Source of the DNA: the human T2T-CHM13v2.0 reference genome, Homo sapiens
Direction: 5' to 3' (one strand)
NCBI RefSeq assembly: GCF_009914755.1
Contig: NC_060929.1
DNA: 64,000 nucleotides
The position numbers were made by a program, and so were the translations under genes. Positions within the stretch are counted from its first letter, which is position 1; each line of letters starts with the position of its first letter. Positions 1 through 15,575 of the stretch are shown here, piece after piece. A model generated the notes under the pieces. It worked only from the letters and a program-made list of their open reading frames with translations, was not told where the DNA came from and made no database searches.

Positions 1-244
<244 letters not shown>

Positions 245-247
245 AAA

Positions 248-248
248 A

Positions 249-280
<32 letters not shown>

Positions 281-395
281 TTGAGATGGGGTCTCGCTAT
301 GTTGCCCAGGCTGATCTTGAACTTCTGGGCTCAAGTGATGATCCCCTTCAGCCTCCCAAAGTGCTGAGATTATAGGTGTGAGCCACTGTGCCCAA
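248..395 (-). mobile_element. Alu monomer (FLAM-like) with poly-T
   Basis: Poly-T then gagatggggtctcgctatgttgcccagg...gagccactgtgccc; one arm only. Confidence 0.85.
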
Positions 396-1300
396 CTCAG
401 AATCATTCATATTTAAGGGCGTGGTTCGGTTCTTTAACTTACTTTTTATAGGATTCCATTGTACAATTCCATTCCGTAATTATCCTTCTGTGACTGGTGG
501 ACATTTGGGTCATTTTCAACTTTTCTTATTACAAACAGCGCTTTTATGAACATTCTTCTGTTTGTCTCCTGGTACAGAGGTTAAGAGATTTTTTTTATGT
601 ACAGTCAACTCTTGCAAGGGTCTACTTACACACAGCTTTTTTTCAGTAAGTTTATTGGGAAGTTTTTTGGAGATTTTTGACAAATTGAAAAAACTTGCCA
701 ATTGTGTAGCCTAGAAATATAAAAAAAAATTAAAAACTTTGGAGATATGTTATCAATGCATAAAACACAGTAGATACTAGTTTATTTTATCATTTACTAC
801 CATAAAATATATACAAATCCATTGTAAAAAGTTAAAATGTATCAAAATTTATGCAAACACGTAGAGACTGGACGTGGTGCTATTCTCAGTACGTGGTGCT
901 ACTCTCAGTGGAGAGAACTGTAAACAAATGTAAAGATGCAGTATTAAATTATAACTGTATAAAATTAACTGTAGTTTGTACTGTACTACTGTAATAATTC
1001 CAACATTCTGTTGCTATTGTGGTAAATTCAGGTGTTTTGAGAATCTGCTTAAAATGCTGTGTGATGCTAATCATCTCCTGGTGAGCAATTTGTCTCTCTA
1101 GTAAATTGCACATCACAGTAAAAAGTGCTTTCTCCCAATTCCTGTGTAATTTGTTATCATGTTTGTTGTAATATCATAAACCTTGAATAACACTATGGGA
1201 GTCATATGAAGTGCTACTAGTGATGTTGGAAGTGCTCCCAAGCAGCAGAGAAATATCATGACGCTACAAGAAAAAGTTGAATTGCTTGTTATGTACCTTA

Positions 1301-1985
<685 letters not shown>

Positions 1986-4188
1986 AAGAAAATTCATGAA
2001 TCTGTAGCTATAGCTATGCCAGTGTGTGAGAAAACTTTGCACCTTTTGCAAAATCCCTTTTTACGTCGTATTGAAAATCCAGCTCTTATGTGGGCACAGG
2101 AATGCTATAAGAAAGGCATATCTATAGAATATGATTTGAGAAAAAATGAAGTCATTATATGATAACATAAAGCATAAGGAAGGTAAAGGATCTAAAGCTG
2201 GAAAATTTAATGCCAGCAAAGGATGGTTTGATGCTTATAGAAAGAGGTTTGAGTTTAAAAATGTCAAGATGACAGGAGAAGCCAGCTGTTGCTGACCAAG
2301 AGGTAGCAGACGAGTTCCCAGGCACCATTAAGAAAACCATTGCAGAGAAAAGATGTCTGCCTGAACAGATTTTTAATGCAGACGAAAGTGCCTTATTCTG
2401 GAAAAAGAAAAAAATCTACCACAAAAGATATTTTTTAGTAAGGAAGAGGAACAAGCACCAGGATTTAAAGTTGGAAGGGATAGGCTAACTCTACTGTTTT
2501 GTGCAAATGCATTCAGGTTTATGATGAGGACTATCTTTATCTATAAAGCTGCTAATCCCTGAGCCTTGAAGGGAAAAGATAAACACCAGCTGCTAGTCTC
2601 TTGGTTCTATAAGAAGGAGTGGATGAGAACCCCTTTTCTGGATTGAGTCCATAGATACTTTGTTCCTGAAGCTAGGAAATTCCTTGCTAGTAAGTGACTG
2701 CCTTTTAAAGTTTTTTTGATATTGGACAATCCCCCTGGCATCCCAGAACCCCATGAGTTCAACACCAAAGGCATTGAAGTGGTCACCTTGCCCCCAGTCA
2801 CAAAGTTTGTAATTCAGCCTAAAGATCAGGGTCATAAGGACCTTTAGGGCTCATTACACTTGGTATTTATGGAAAGGATTTTCAACACTATGCAAGAGAA
2901 TCTTAATAGAATATCATGCAAGTCTGGAAGGGTGACATCATTAAAGATGTCATTGTTGTTATAGAAAAAGCTGTGAAAGCCATGAGGCCTGAAACAGTGC
3001 ATTCCTGCTGAAGAAAACCGTGTCTATATGTTGAGCATGACTTCACAGGATTTATGACACAACCAATCAAAGAAATCATGGAAGAGATTGTGAATGTAGC
3101 AAAAAAGGTGGGAGAATGAAGGGTTTCAAGATAAGGGTTTCAGAGAAATCTAAGAGCGCATAGCACAACAGAGTAATTAGCAGAACACATTTTGATGGAG
3201 ATGAGTGCTTCTGAACAATGCCAGATGATAAGGAAGTAGACTTAGAAGAAGCAGCGCCAGAAAACAAATTGACATTAGACAATCTGGCAGAAGAGTTCCA
3301 GTTATTCAAGACTGCTTTGACTTCTTTTAATGACATGGACCCTTCTGTAATATGATGCTAAAGCTAAAGCAGACAGTGGAACAAGGATTAGTACTGTATA
3401 GAAACATTTTTAGAGAAATGAAAAAGCAAAACGGCAGACAGAAATTACTGTGTATTTCCATAAAGTTATATCAAGTATGCCTGCCTCTCCAGCCTCCCCA
3501 TCCACTACCTCCACCTTTTCTGCCTTTGCCATACTTAAGACAACAAAACAAACACCTCTCCTCGTCCTCTGCTTCTTCAGCCTACTTAACATGAAGACAA
3601 AGAGGAAGCCTTTTTGATGATCTGTTTCCACTCAGTGAATAGTAAATATATTTTCTCTTATGATTTTCTTAATAACATTTTCTTTTCTCTAGCTTACTTT
3701 AAGAATTGTTAAGAGAAAAAGTGTAGTGGAGTTAACATTTTTGGGGAGTGAAAACTTATGCATAGATTTCCAAATGCATGGGGGATCAGCATCCCTAACT
3801 GCCACATTGTTCAAGGGTCAACTGTCTATGTAATTGCCAATGTGCAATTGTTTTTGATCTTCAAAAACTGGTTTCATATGGTTTAGATTAGTATCTAGGA
3901 GAGAAAGTGCTGGTTAATAAAACTGTTTCCCCAAGTGATTATATGTTTACCCTCCCACTGGTGAGATGAGAGTTTCTTTGGCTCTACATCGTTGTCAACA
4001 TTTTTTACTATCATATTTTTATACTTTTGCTGATATGGTACATGTGGAGCTATCTCATTGTTTTAATTTGTATTTCACTTAATTACTACTGCGATTTAGT
4101 ATCTTTTCATTTCTTTGTGGACCATTCACATCCTTTCCTGTGAAATTGGTGTTCATGATTTTGGTCAGTCTTCTATTGCAGTGTTTAG

Positions 4189-4493
<305 letters not shown>

Positions 4494-5067
4494 AGGACGC
4501 TGACTCTTACTGGAATATGAATTGCTTGGTCCAGGTTAATAAATGTTTATTGACCCAATCCTTGGCTTTAGATCGGCTTATATAAAGATGAGTAAGATGG
4601 ATGGACTCTTACCTCAGTCTATATTTAGTAAAGGTTAAACTTAATTGGAAGCTCCATAGTTCTATTTCTTTCCTCCATTCAAATATAGATTAGCTACACT
4701 ATTTATATCTTTACCTTTCTGATTCAGTTTACTCATTTGTAAGATAATCAGCTTTGACTAGTTAATATCTAGTTTCCCTTTTACCAGTGTATGTAATTCA
4801 TCTAATATTTTTTCTTGTTGGTTTTTGAAACTTAGAAATGTGTTACTTTTATTATAGTGGTAAATATAAATAATTGGGTTTTTTTTCTTTTTCATCAAAA
4901 AATACTGGGTTTTGCTTCTGTAAGGTATAATTTAAGTCACTTCTCCAAGGACCCCTCTCTTAGATGGATTTCCCAGACAGATATTGCTACCTTTGATTTT
5001 AAAAATTCTTAAAATGCTATTAAACCTATACACTCCATCCTAATATATATGAATTATTCTTCCTCAG

Positions 5068-5159
5068 AGTGAAGATACACAACAGCAAATCATCAGGGAG
5101 ACTTTCCATTTGGTATCTAAGAGAGATGAAAATGTTTGTAATTTCCTAGAAGGAGGATT
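5068..5159 (+). CDS. AP3S1: AP3S1 coding exon 2 (92 nt; SEDTQQQIIRETFHLVSKRDENVCNFLEGG + 2 nt of Leu codon)
   Basis: Acceptor ttcttcctcAG (5066-67) and donor TT|GTAAGT (5160). Translation matches AP-3 sigma-3A as I recall it. The phase-2 end joins exon 3. Confidence 0.97.
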
Positions 5160-6997
5160 GTAAGTAAAGCATTTCATAGACATTTCTAAGTTTTGACTAT
5201 GTGATTAAAATATATACTGTTTAATCAGTTTATGGTAAAAGTTTTCTACTTTTGATTAATTGGATTAGGTGAATTAATTGCCACCTATGTTAGCTATAAA
5301 TCTAACTTAAAGAATTATTTTTAAAAGATATGCAATCTTTTTTCCTCTTAAAAATTTTGGAAGGGAATTTTATATAAAGGTAATATATTAAATCGTAAAA
5401 ATTCCAACATTACAGGGAAGTATAAAATGTAAAATAAGAATCTCTCAACCTTAGTCCTTCTACCCAATTTCTTGTGTATCCTTCTAGAAAATAGTTTGTA
5501 TTGACTAACATATAAAGTATGTTATATGTGTTGACTAACCTACAACCTTAAAATTTTTATTTATGAGATCACACTTTGTATGCTCATTTGCATGTTGCTG
5601 GTTCTCAGTATTTTCAAAAGCTTTGCATAGAAACACATCTAGGACAAGCTTATTCTTTTTAATGACTACAGAGTATTCCTTTTTGTGAATGTTCATAAAA
5701 ATTAGATTACATTCTTTATTTTACTGTTACAAGACTGAAGTCTGTTTTTCAAATATACCTAATTCAGCTAATCAATTTTTCTATTTTTAAAATGAATAAG
5801 AATATTGCCAAATATTACAAACAAATACTTTTAAACTAATAACTTCCATGAAAATGGTTTGTTCTCAAACATAAATCAGTCAGAGAAACTTAGAATTTTC
5901 TGTATTTTACTGTGTATGATGGATGAGAAATACTCTGGATAACAGGGAATCCATGGTCATAAGGTACTTTTTATCATGTGGAACACTTAACTTGGGTTTC
6001 CTGAAAGATTATATCATGCTGTCCTTAAATGTCCAATACATACTTACAAATTTTGCTGTTAACTCAAGGCTTCTAATTTAATAATTGAGACAAGTGTACC
6101 TGCTTCTGTTTTTGAATTTTACTTGTACTTATTTAATTTTAGTTGTCTTTGACATTACTATCACTTCCTCTCATCCTAGCCTCTTGATTTCTTATCTCCT
6201 AGGAAACTTACCACCCAGCACAGTGCACTGCATGTAAGAACTTGATTAATCTTACTAGGGTGCTATTTGAATTAGAAATTGTGGCTGGAAATTGTGATTG
6301 TTCTTTTTTAACCTTACAAAAAATAGAAAGCAAATATTGCAGCAGAGATGAGGCCTCACATCTAGTTTAATCCTAGTTTTGTCACTAACTAGCTGATTTC
6401 CTTGGACAGGTTACTTAAATTCTCAGGCCTCAGTTTTCTCCTCTATAAAATGAGTTATTTGGACTAACAGGATTTCTCAGTCCTGTGGTTTTATATGATG
6501 TATTACATTCTGTACAGGAATTTTTGTCAGTATTATACTATAGCTTAAAGATAAGATTATATTTTTAAAGGCAAAATATGTACTTGCCGCATTAATATTT
6601 TGCTTGCTTTTAATAGCATTACTGGCCTTTTTGAAACTTATATTCTTCAGAAGTTTGCTGTCCTTTTAAAGTAAAGCAAAAGTTTTAAGATAATCACTAA
6701 ATCGCTGATTCAGAATGGAGTAAAGCCTCCTATTTGTGTTCTTTTTGCCTCTTTCAGGGAACAATTGCAGTCATAGTCTGTAAATATACTCTCAGAATCT
6801 TTAAATTGCATGTAGATATTTTTAAATTAAACATCTTCTCTAGAAGAGTATCTAGCATAGTAGGAAATTTTTATTCTTGTCAAAGATCATTTCTCCTTTT
6901 GCTATTAGAAGACATAGAAGTAGTATATACCTTGGGAAGTTGTTTCTACAGAACTTATAAGTTTAGTATTATTTTTACTGTGTAAGAAATAGATGCT

Positions 6998-7479
<482 letters not shown>

Positions 7480-7799
7480 TTAAGAAGGTGAATTCATTAT
7501 TGTAAACTTAACTATGAAATAGCTAAACTATATTTAGAAAAATATGTTTGGAATGATTCCTAAATTATTATTTCTAAAATACTAAAATTCCAGTCATTAT
7601 AAATAAAAGTATTTCATGAAAGAGTTTAGTATCTTAGCTCAGTTTTCTTGCATTTATGTCAAAACAATGTAATTTTGGAAGAGATCTTGACGGTAAATCT
7701 ATCCAAAACTTAAGAAGTGTCATTCTTCTTTTTTTTCTGGTTGATAATCAGTCTTAAGCTGTGTAACTTACTGTGACGTATGGAGTTAAATCTAGTAAG

Positions 7800-8200
7800 C
7801 ACTTACAAATGCCCCATGATCTAATTTCCGCCTACTTCTCTGACTTTATCATTTACTAATCTTTTCTTATCTACTGGCCTTTTTTCTCTTCCCTGAACAT
7901 ACATACTTTGTTCTTGATGAAATGTCCTTTTAGTACTTACTACCTTAGCCTGAAATGCTCTTCTCTAAATTTTTTCCAAGCCAACTCCTTATCATTAGAT
8001 CTCAGCTTAAATGCCACTCTTGCTTAATATTCAGCCTGAAGTAGGGAACCCATCAATATATCATCATTGTATTTTGATTGTCAGTGTAACACTTGCCACT
8101 ATCTGATGATGTTCTGATGTGTGTGTTTGTTGCTTCTTCCCCACTACCAGTGCTTGGCACATAGTAGTTACTCAGAGAATAGTTTAATGAATGAATGAAC
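7800..8200 (+). mobile_element. L2 3' end fragment
   Basis: ccagtgcttggcacatagtagttactca...gaatgaatgaa, typical of the L2 terminus; boundaries approximate. Confidence 0.6.
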
Positions 8201-8414
8201 TGAAATTAAGCACTGGCTTCTTTTACTTGATGTTTCTGAAGAAAACAGCCACCTTAATTCACCTAGTCTCTGAATAAGTTCACTTAAATACTTTGCCATT
8301 GAATGTCACCTTTCATTTGACAAGTGGTTTTTAAACAAATTGTCAGTTTGCTTGAGCTAATGAAAATGATTCGCATTTTGTTTCCAATAACATTACAATT
8401 TTTTTGTCATTTAG

Positions 8415-8526
8415 ATTAATTGGAGGATCTGACAACAAACTGATTTATAGACATTATGCAACGTTATATTTTGTCTTCTGTGTGGATTCTTCAGAAAGTG
8501 AACTTGGCATTTTAGATCTAATTCAA
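8415..8526 (+). CDS. AP3S1: AP3S1 coding exon 3 (112 nt; LIGGSDNKLIYRHYATLYFVFCVDSSESELGILDLIQ)
   Basis: Acceptor catttAG (8413-14) and donor CAA|GTAAGT. Contains the adaptin small-chain motif IYRHYATLYF. The first base completes the Leu codon begun in exon 2. Confidence 0.97.
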
Positions 8527-9178
8527 GTAAGTTAACACTTGCTTCTTACTATCTTAAATAACAGTTTGACATTTAAATTTTTAAAAACTTATATATTCTA
8601 AATTTTCTAAAATGATGTTAGTAAGAAATAAAGCATTTCATAATAGATATTGTGTTGGTAAAAGAGGTCAGAGGACATAGAAACAAGCAAACATTTGATC
8701 TGATTAAAACTATCATAACTAGTTTAATCATGACATTTTATCTTGCTCATGTAAGTTACAGCAAGGAGCTTAAGACTCGTGGGTTTCTTAACACATGTAT
8801 CCAAAACTAACCCTAAACCCTACCTCTCCCTGTCTCCTGAAAATCTTTCATAATGTCCCTGGAACTCAAGGTCAGTCATCAGCAAATTTCTTTTTATCTT
8901 CAGCCTCTTCTGTTAATATTACTTTACATTTTGCTCTAAATTAAATCTTGCTTCCCTGATGATACTACGTGCAACCCTTTGAAGTAGTGGCCATTTTCTC
9001 TCCTGCTTCTTTCTGCCTTTGAGCCTGGAGGTGTAATCTTAGCTTCTCATTGCATTTTCCAGACCATTCTTTCTTCTCAAACACCTCCAAATTTTATCTT
9101 ATGTTATCAGACTATACCACCTTCTATCCATTTAGTTATAGTCATCACTCATCTCCATCTCTCCTTCATTGGAGATTT

Positions 9179-9678
9179 TGTTAAGAATTGTGAAGGGTCT
9201 GAGATTTGCTCTACTTGCAAACTAAGAAGTTAACCTGCCATAATTTCATGGATGCTGGCAGAAGGCAGGAGATTTCTGGGCCAGAGACAAAGGACCTTAT
9301 TACTAATAGCAAAAACATTAGCTAAAGTGACAGCATTTGCTTGCACGAATTCTCTAATTCCCAAAGGGTGATATGAAGAGGTCCAGATGATACCTGCACA
9401 CACAGTGGATTAAATGACAGATGAGGAACGCCAAGTTTAGGGAACTGGAATCTTTTATAATGGATACTAAGCATGTCTGCCCTTGTTTGGAAGGAAGACT
9501 GTCTCTTCCAAGAGTGTAAGGAAACCTATCCTTTGCTGTGGAAGAAGACACTGTCTATTTTCCAGGGCTGTTTGATATACAAGCATGCTTAAAAAGATAG
9601 CCCAGAACAAAGACAGTCAATGCCTCTGCTCACAATACGTGTGGAAACACAAGATCCATCTAAAATTGTCTCCTAATA
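9179..9678 (-). mobile_element. Solo ERVL-class LTR (MER54/MER74-like) inside an L2 remnant
   Basis: TG...TA ends with 5-bp TSD GATTT (9174-78 / 9679-83). Body resembles gaagggtctgagatt...tacttgcaa...gatgctggcagaag LTRs. Confidence 0.7.
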
Positions 9679-10429
9679 GATTTTGGTTCTTGGTTCCCTG
9701 GCATTCATTCCAGTACTGCTTGTTTTGTAATTCTTGGTGATTCCATTGTTCATATGTATAATTCTCCCAATATCCTGGTGTCTTCAAAATCTGGAACTCC
9801 TCTCTTCCAATAAATTTTGCCCTCCACTCCATCTCACTATGTACCCATTTCTAGATTTTATCTTTGTCTAAACTGTAACCCCTCCATAATCTCAATTTCA
9901 CAGTTTTGAAGTCGTTAGACCTATTGCAACCCTCAGTTTTAAAAATCCATCATTTTTTTCACTCTGATTTTACTGATGTCTTACTTTCCTTATCCAGCTT
10001 AAATTTCATAATCATGGTAGTGATATAGCCTTGTGTACACTGAACTCCTTGCCCACACCCATACATCTGAACATACCTAGAGGAAAAAAAAAAGTAACCA
10101 TATTTACCAGTCTCACTTTAAATTAATGATCCCTTAGCTCATTGAGTCCTTTATGCTACGCAAGAATCATTTTCTGTTTCCCCGGTCCATTTACTCTCCC
10201 ATACCTCTAGATGACTACTCATACAGTCTCCTCTCTCCTAAAATATCTAGCACTTCTAGCACCTTGCTTCCCAGTGCACAGATAAAATTGGCTTTTGAAG
10301 TTAGCAAGAAGGTGGCATGGTTTGAGCTCTAGTTGGCGTTACAGAATAGACAAGAAATTAACCCAAGCAGACAACTTAGGTAACAAATTCTTAGCACTGT
10401 GGCTAAGGCTTTAAAAATAAAAACATTGT

Positions 10430-10695
10430 GGCCAGGTGTGGTAGTTCACACCTGTAATCCTAGCACTTTGGAAGGCTAAGCTGAGCAGATCACTTGAGCC
10501 CAGGAGTTCGAGACCAGCCTGGGCAACCCCATCTCTACAAAAATTAGACAGGCATGCTGTTCTGCACCTGTCGTCCCAATCACTTGGGAGGCTGAGGCGG
10601 GAGCCAGGGAGGATGGCTTGTAGTGAGCTGAGATTGTGCCACTCACTCCAGCCCAGGTAACAGAGTGAGACCCTGTCTCAAAAAAAATAGAAATA
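10430..10695 (+). mobile_element. AluJ-like element
   Basis: Alu dimer with small deletions; TSD AAATAAAAACATTGT on both sides. Confidence 0.9.
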
Positions 10696-13600
10696 AAAAC
10701 ATTGTTAATAAAATAAAAAAGGAGATAAATGATAAATTGATCTATTTGTATGCCATATTACTCTTAAATCTGTAATTCTTAAACTGGGTTTTTGGGAGGA
10801 GCTGGGTATCAAAGTTACATGAAACCACAAGGTAATCATGGCACATATTCCTGGTATATGTTTCTTCTTTGTTTTGAAGATTGGCGGCAGTGAGGAAATG
10901 AACGTAAACATGTATATATTATGAGGTAGAATACAAATTTTTCATAATATTTAAAGCTCTAAGTGGAGACTTGAAAGAAATTTTGAGCTTGAGGTAAAGG
11001 TGCCCCAAGATCCCTTGGGTATATGTTCACTTTCCTCCTGGGGCCTACTTGAGAAACACTGCTGAGTTATGTTTTGCTTTCTCAAGGCTTTTCTAGTAAA
11101 GAAAAAGAAGCCAAATCTTACTTTTGATGACATTGAAGGGTTGATCAGGACTATATATTGCATTGCCTTGTAACTTTGTTTATTCTTACATTTCTTAGTT
11201 TATCCCACCTAGGGGAGTAGTTAATTCATTTTATCATTATGTCAAGAGAGCATTATATTTTTACAGAAAAAAAATTAATATAGAACCATGCTTTCTATTT
11301 CTCTGTTTCCCATGACTGAAGAGAGTGGTAGACATGCACACTATGTTCCAAAACACTGTTTTTATTTACCTGAGCCTAGCCACTAGAATTACAGGAAGAA
11401 AAACAGGAGAAAGTGTACCATTTCAAATTTAGTCTCTTATTGAAGAGAAATGTTGCTATTAAGAAAGACCAAAACAAATGTGTCTTTTCCTAGAGGTAAA
11501 TCAGAAGTATTTTATGCTTGCGTCCTGAGATTAAGTCATCACCATTGATTATTATTTTGATGCTGTTGTTGATCTTCTTATGAGAAAGTAGTTCTATCTC
11601 CAAAGGGGATTAGATGGGGAGTTTTCAAAGAACAAACATGGTATTAATATATCATATCCAAAGTAAATTCTGTCATGTACTCGTGGAAAGTAGAAACTAT
11701 CTTTTGTGTTTTGCAAAATTTTTTATCCATGCTTCACACGTTGATCACTTGTTTTGATATTAGATAACATACAGAAGAAAGGATTTCAGGAGGACTTTGT
11801 CATTTTCCGATTACTAAAGTAGGCTAGAGCTGTTTTTACAATACCCCTGAGTTACCACATGCTGATGTATTGTGTCACAAAAAAGAAGATTTCTGTAATT
11901 CACCTTATAGGTACTATGTCTGTCACTATCAGGAACATGTTGGAAGTTCTGTGGTTGTGATCTTTCCCCTTCAATTACCACAGTTCATTAAATACTGAAG
12001 AGGGAGTGTACTGAGCACACATGAGTCAGTCACTTTAAAAAACATCAGTTGAATAAACAAAGATGGAAGTGCATAGCTTATTATTTCTGCTTCTGTTTCA
12101 TCAAATAGCTATTCAGAGAGAACTGATTTTCTTAATTTGTTCATCCTCTAGTTTTTAGAAAGGCAATTTTAATGTAAAAAGTAAAAGTGGAAAATTATAA
12201 ACCAAGAGAGTTTACATCAAAACCTCTTGGTCTTGCATATTCTTTTAGAGAACAGATCAAGAAAACTCAATATGTAACTATTAAACCTATGCTTATAATT
12301 TTGATATTTTAAATATCAAAGTGATACCATTCATATAACTGGAAGCATATATTTTAATGCAGAGAGTTAGTGTCTCTAAGGTATGCATATGTTGTCCCAA
12401 ATATGACTTTGTATCTGTATAAAATCTGGGAGAAGGCATTATTAATAAATTCGTTATGGAATTTACACCGCTATTCCACCAGTACTGAATTTACATTGGT
12501 AGTCCACAGAATTTACACCAGCTACCCAAACGAATGATCAGTTTTTGTTTTCTTTTGTTTCTTTTTAAAAATTCCTTGTAAGTTTGGAAAAAAGGGGTGG
12601 ACTTTTTTTTATTGATATATACCATTTTAGTGTGATATTAACTGCTATGTATGCCATATATGCTAGAGTTAATAGCTAGCTTTTTAAGGAGTCCTTTCTG
12701 TTGTAGCATATTGTTATTGGAAGTGTTAAAATATTTACAGGATGAGAATAGAAGTTTATTAAATATTAATGTTGGGTTGAGTTATTTATAAGCAGTTGTA
12801 TTGTCCTTAATTAGTTTATTATGCCAAGCTGATAATGGAGGCATATAAATTCACTGGATAATTCCAAATCTCTGTTACAGTTTTCTGTACCACATGTAAC
12901 AGTAATCAGAGCATCAGTCTTATTCAGTTGTAGCTAGATTAAAAAAACAACAAAATTGAGAACTAACAGCTAAACTTTCTTTAGGTTTAGAAAGATACGT
13001 TCTGACCATGTTGTTAGAATGTATATTTAAACTGGAGCTCCATATATAATATTTGTTATTATTACAGTACTGTTAAACTACCTTTTGAGGAATTATTTTA
13101 TTCATGGCTGCTAATGCTCATTTAGTATGATGTTGAGCAAGTTATTTATTCTTTATAGACCTTAATTTTTTTTTTAACTTTACATGCTTGTTTCAACATG
13201 TTGCCTACAGACAAGAGGTTGTTAGAAAGACCTGTGAATTAAAGCTATCTATTATCTTGTAGTGGTTAAAACCATTTAGCTCTGCCATATACTATGTAAT
13301 TTTGGCAAGTTATTTAACCTCTTTGACCCTAACTTTCCTCATCCACAAAACAGGGATAATAATAATAACACCAATTCACAGAGTAGGTGTGAGCGTTAAA
13401 AAAAGATATTTCATGTGAAACCCATGACTAAATGATTAACATTTCAGTGGTTTTTAGCTAACATTATCACTAAAGCATATATTTGTAAGAAAGGCATATA
13501 AAATATTATTTTGTTAGTACACAAACTGAAGTAAATATGTTTTTTTTTAATCTTTCTGACTTTCTCATTGTTAGAAGCATTTTTGAATCTTTTTATCCTA

Positions 13601-14894
13601 TATGTTGTTTGATGGCTTGGAATGAATTTTATATGACACATTTATGTGATAAGAAATAGTCTTCATTGGGGAAATTTATAAGCCAAGAATACTTAAGTGA
13701 GGAAAGGTCTCTGATCTTCCCAGCATCACCTGGCAAATTATGGCGAGGTAGGTACTTCTGACCGACTGAATATACAGTGGTGTGCCGATGAAGGCCCACC
13801 CAATTATGGTTCTCATCTATCATGATGGTAGGCCTGAAAGCACACTTGGTGGTGGGGTGACAGATACACTGTTTAAGCCTTGGGCTATGTAGGTTTGGGT
13901 ACCACCTGTTTTTTAAAATTGCCTAGGAAAACCGACTGTCCAGCACTTGGAAATTGTGGGAATTTGCAACTCTCCTGTTGGAGATGAACCAACTCTTGGT
14001 CCCAGAGGAAGATGAGTTTCTGGTGCAGTTCCTCCTGCTGGAGCAAGAGGGATTCCTGGCCTAGCGAGCTTATTTTCCAGGCACTCAAGTGAATGCCCAG
14101 GATCATTTTAGGAAAATTCTGCCTCCTACATTATACTGTATTACCAGGTTATTTAAAACTTTCTGTTTTCAGTAAGATTTGTTTCTCATGTATTTTTGGG
14201 CAACCCCCAGTTTTTTTAAAATAGTTTGGGTCAGATTGTTAGAGTTGTGCAGGATTCCTAAAATTATTTTCCTGTGTTATTTTCATGCTTGAGAAGTCTG
14301 ATTTCCAGCAATTGCAAATATAATAATTCTCAGTTATTTACATTGCTATTTGTGACAAATCCTGGTATCAAATTTGATGATAACTGCTTTTCTAATTTAC
14401 ATGTTTCATTGATGTCTTAGCAGTTCTTTTAGGAGGCATCATGGCGTCAGGTTTAGAGTGTCAGGGTGTTAGAGTCAGGTAGTATGGATTTGAATCTTGG
14501 CTCTGTCACATAACAGTTATATAACTTTAGGCAATTACTTAACCTCATCTGTCCCCAGTTTTCTTTTTTGTAAGTGCTGATATTCATACTTATCTCACCA
14601 GCATTGTTGTAAGAATTAGAACTAATTTATATAAACAATCAGCAAATGGTCTAGAATATAGTAGACACGCTTTTCTTAGTTACTTCACAGTAGTGAAGGA
14701 AGTAGTTTAGAACTCAAGTGCTTAAAGTCAGAGTTTTGGAGCTGGAAGTGACTTAAAATTTATTTTCTTCCCTTCAATGTAGGTTTAAGAGAAAAACTCA
14801 GGTTATGTTGGTCTTTTTCTTTGATTTAAGGTAAATTCATCATGTCCTAATGTAGAATGGTTGGTTTTCAGGAAGGAATTGGACATGGTGGAGA

Positions 14895-15575
14895 GACTCC
14901 CCAAATTTAACATTAACCACAGTACAGCTATTAACCCAAGAAATTAACATTGATACACTACTATATAATCTGTAGGCCTTGTTTACAATTTGCCACTTGT
15001 CCCATTCAAATGTCCTTTTTCTCATTCTGGATGTAATTCACACATTCCATTTAGCTGCCATGTCTTCTTAATCTCCTTTACTGTGTAACAATTCTTTAAC
15101 TTTGTCTTTCATTCATGTCTTTCATATACTGATCCTTTTGATGAGTACTAGCCAGTTATTTTGATATTCCCCAATTTGGGTTTGTTTGATACTTCTTAAT
15201 GATTTAGATTGTGCATTTTGGGCAAGAATACCACAGAAATAATGTTATGTCCATAGTGCATCATATCAGGAGGTATATGATGTCCATTTGTTCCACTACT
15301 TGTGATATTTGTGATGATCACTTGGTTAAGTTTGAGTCCAACAGGTTTATGCACCATAAAGTTTCATTTTCCCATGGTGCTAGTATTTTTATGGGGAATA
15401 TTTGAGACTATGTAAATATACTTTTTCTAGTCATATATTTGTTAATTCATCTTAATATCTATTGATCATTCTTACCTAAAAGAATTATTAATATTTATGG
15501 TGTTTACCAAATGGTGGGGTTTTTTTCTATCATACCTCAATATTTAATAGTTGAAATTCTCCTGTGAGGAAAAGC
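14895..15575 (-). mobile_element. Old L1M (L1MC-like) 3' fragment, host of the L1PA insertion
   Basis: aagaaattaacattgatacac..., ttttgggcaagaataccacagaa, gatcacttggttaag are L1MC-type 3' UTR motifs. Confidence 0.6.

Noticed and set aside
12300-12320. Palindrome TTTGATATTT-T-AAATATCAAA
   Set aside because: 10-bp AT-rich arms are plausible by chance in 64 kb of AT-rich DNA.
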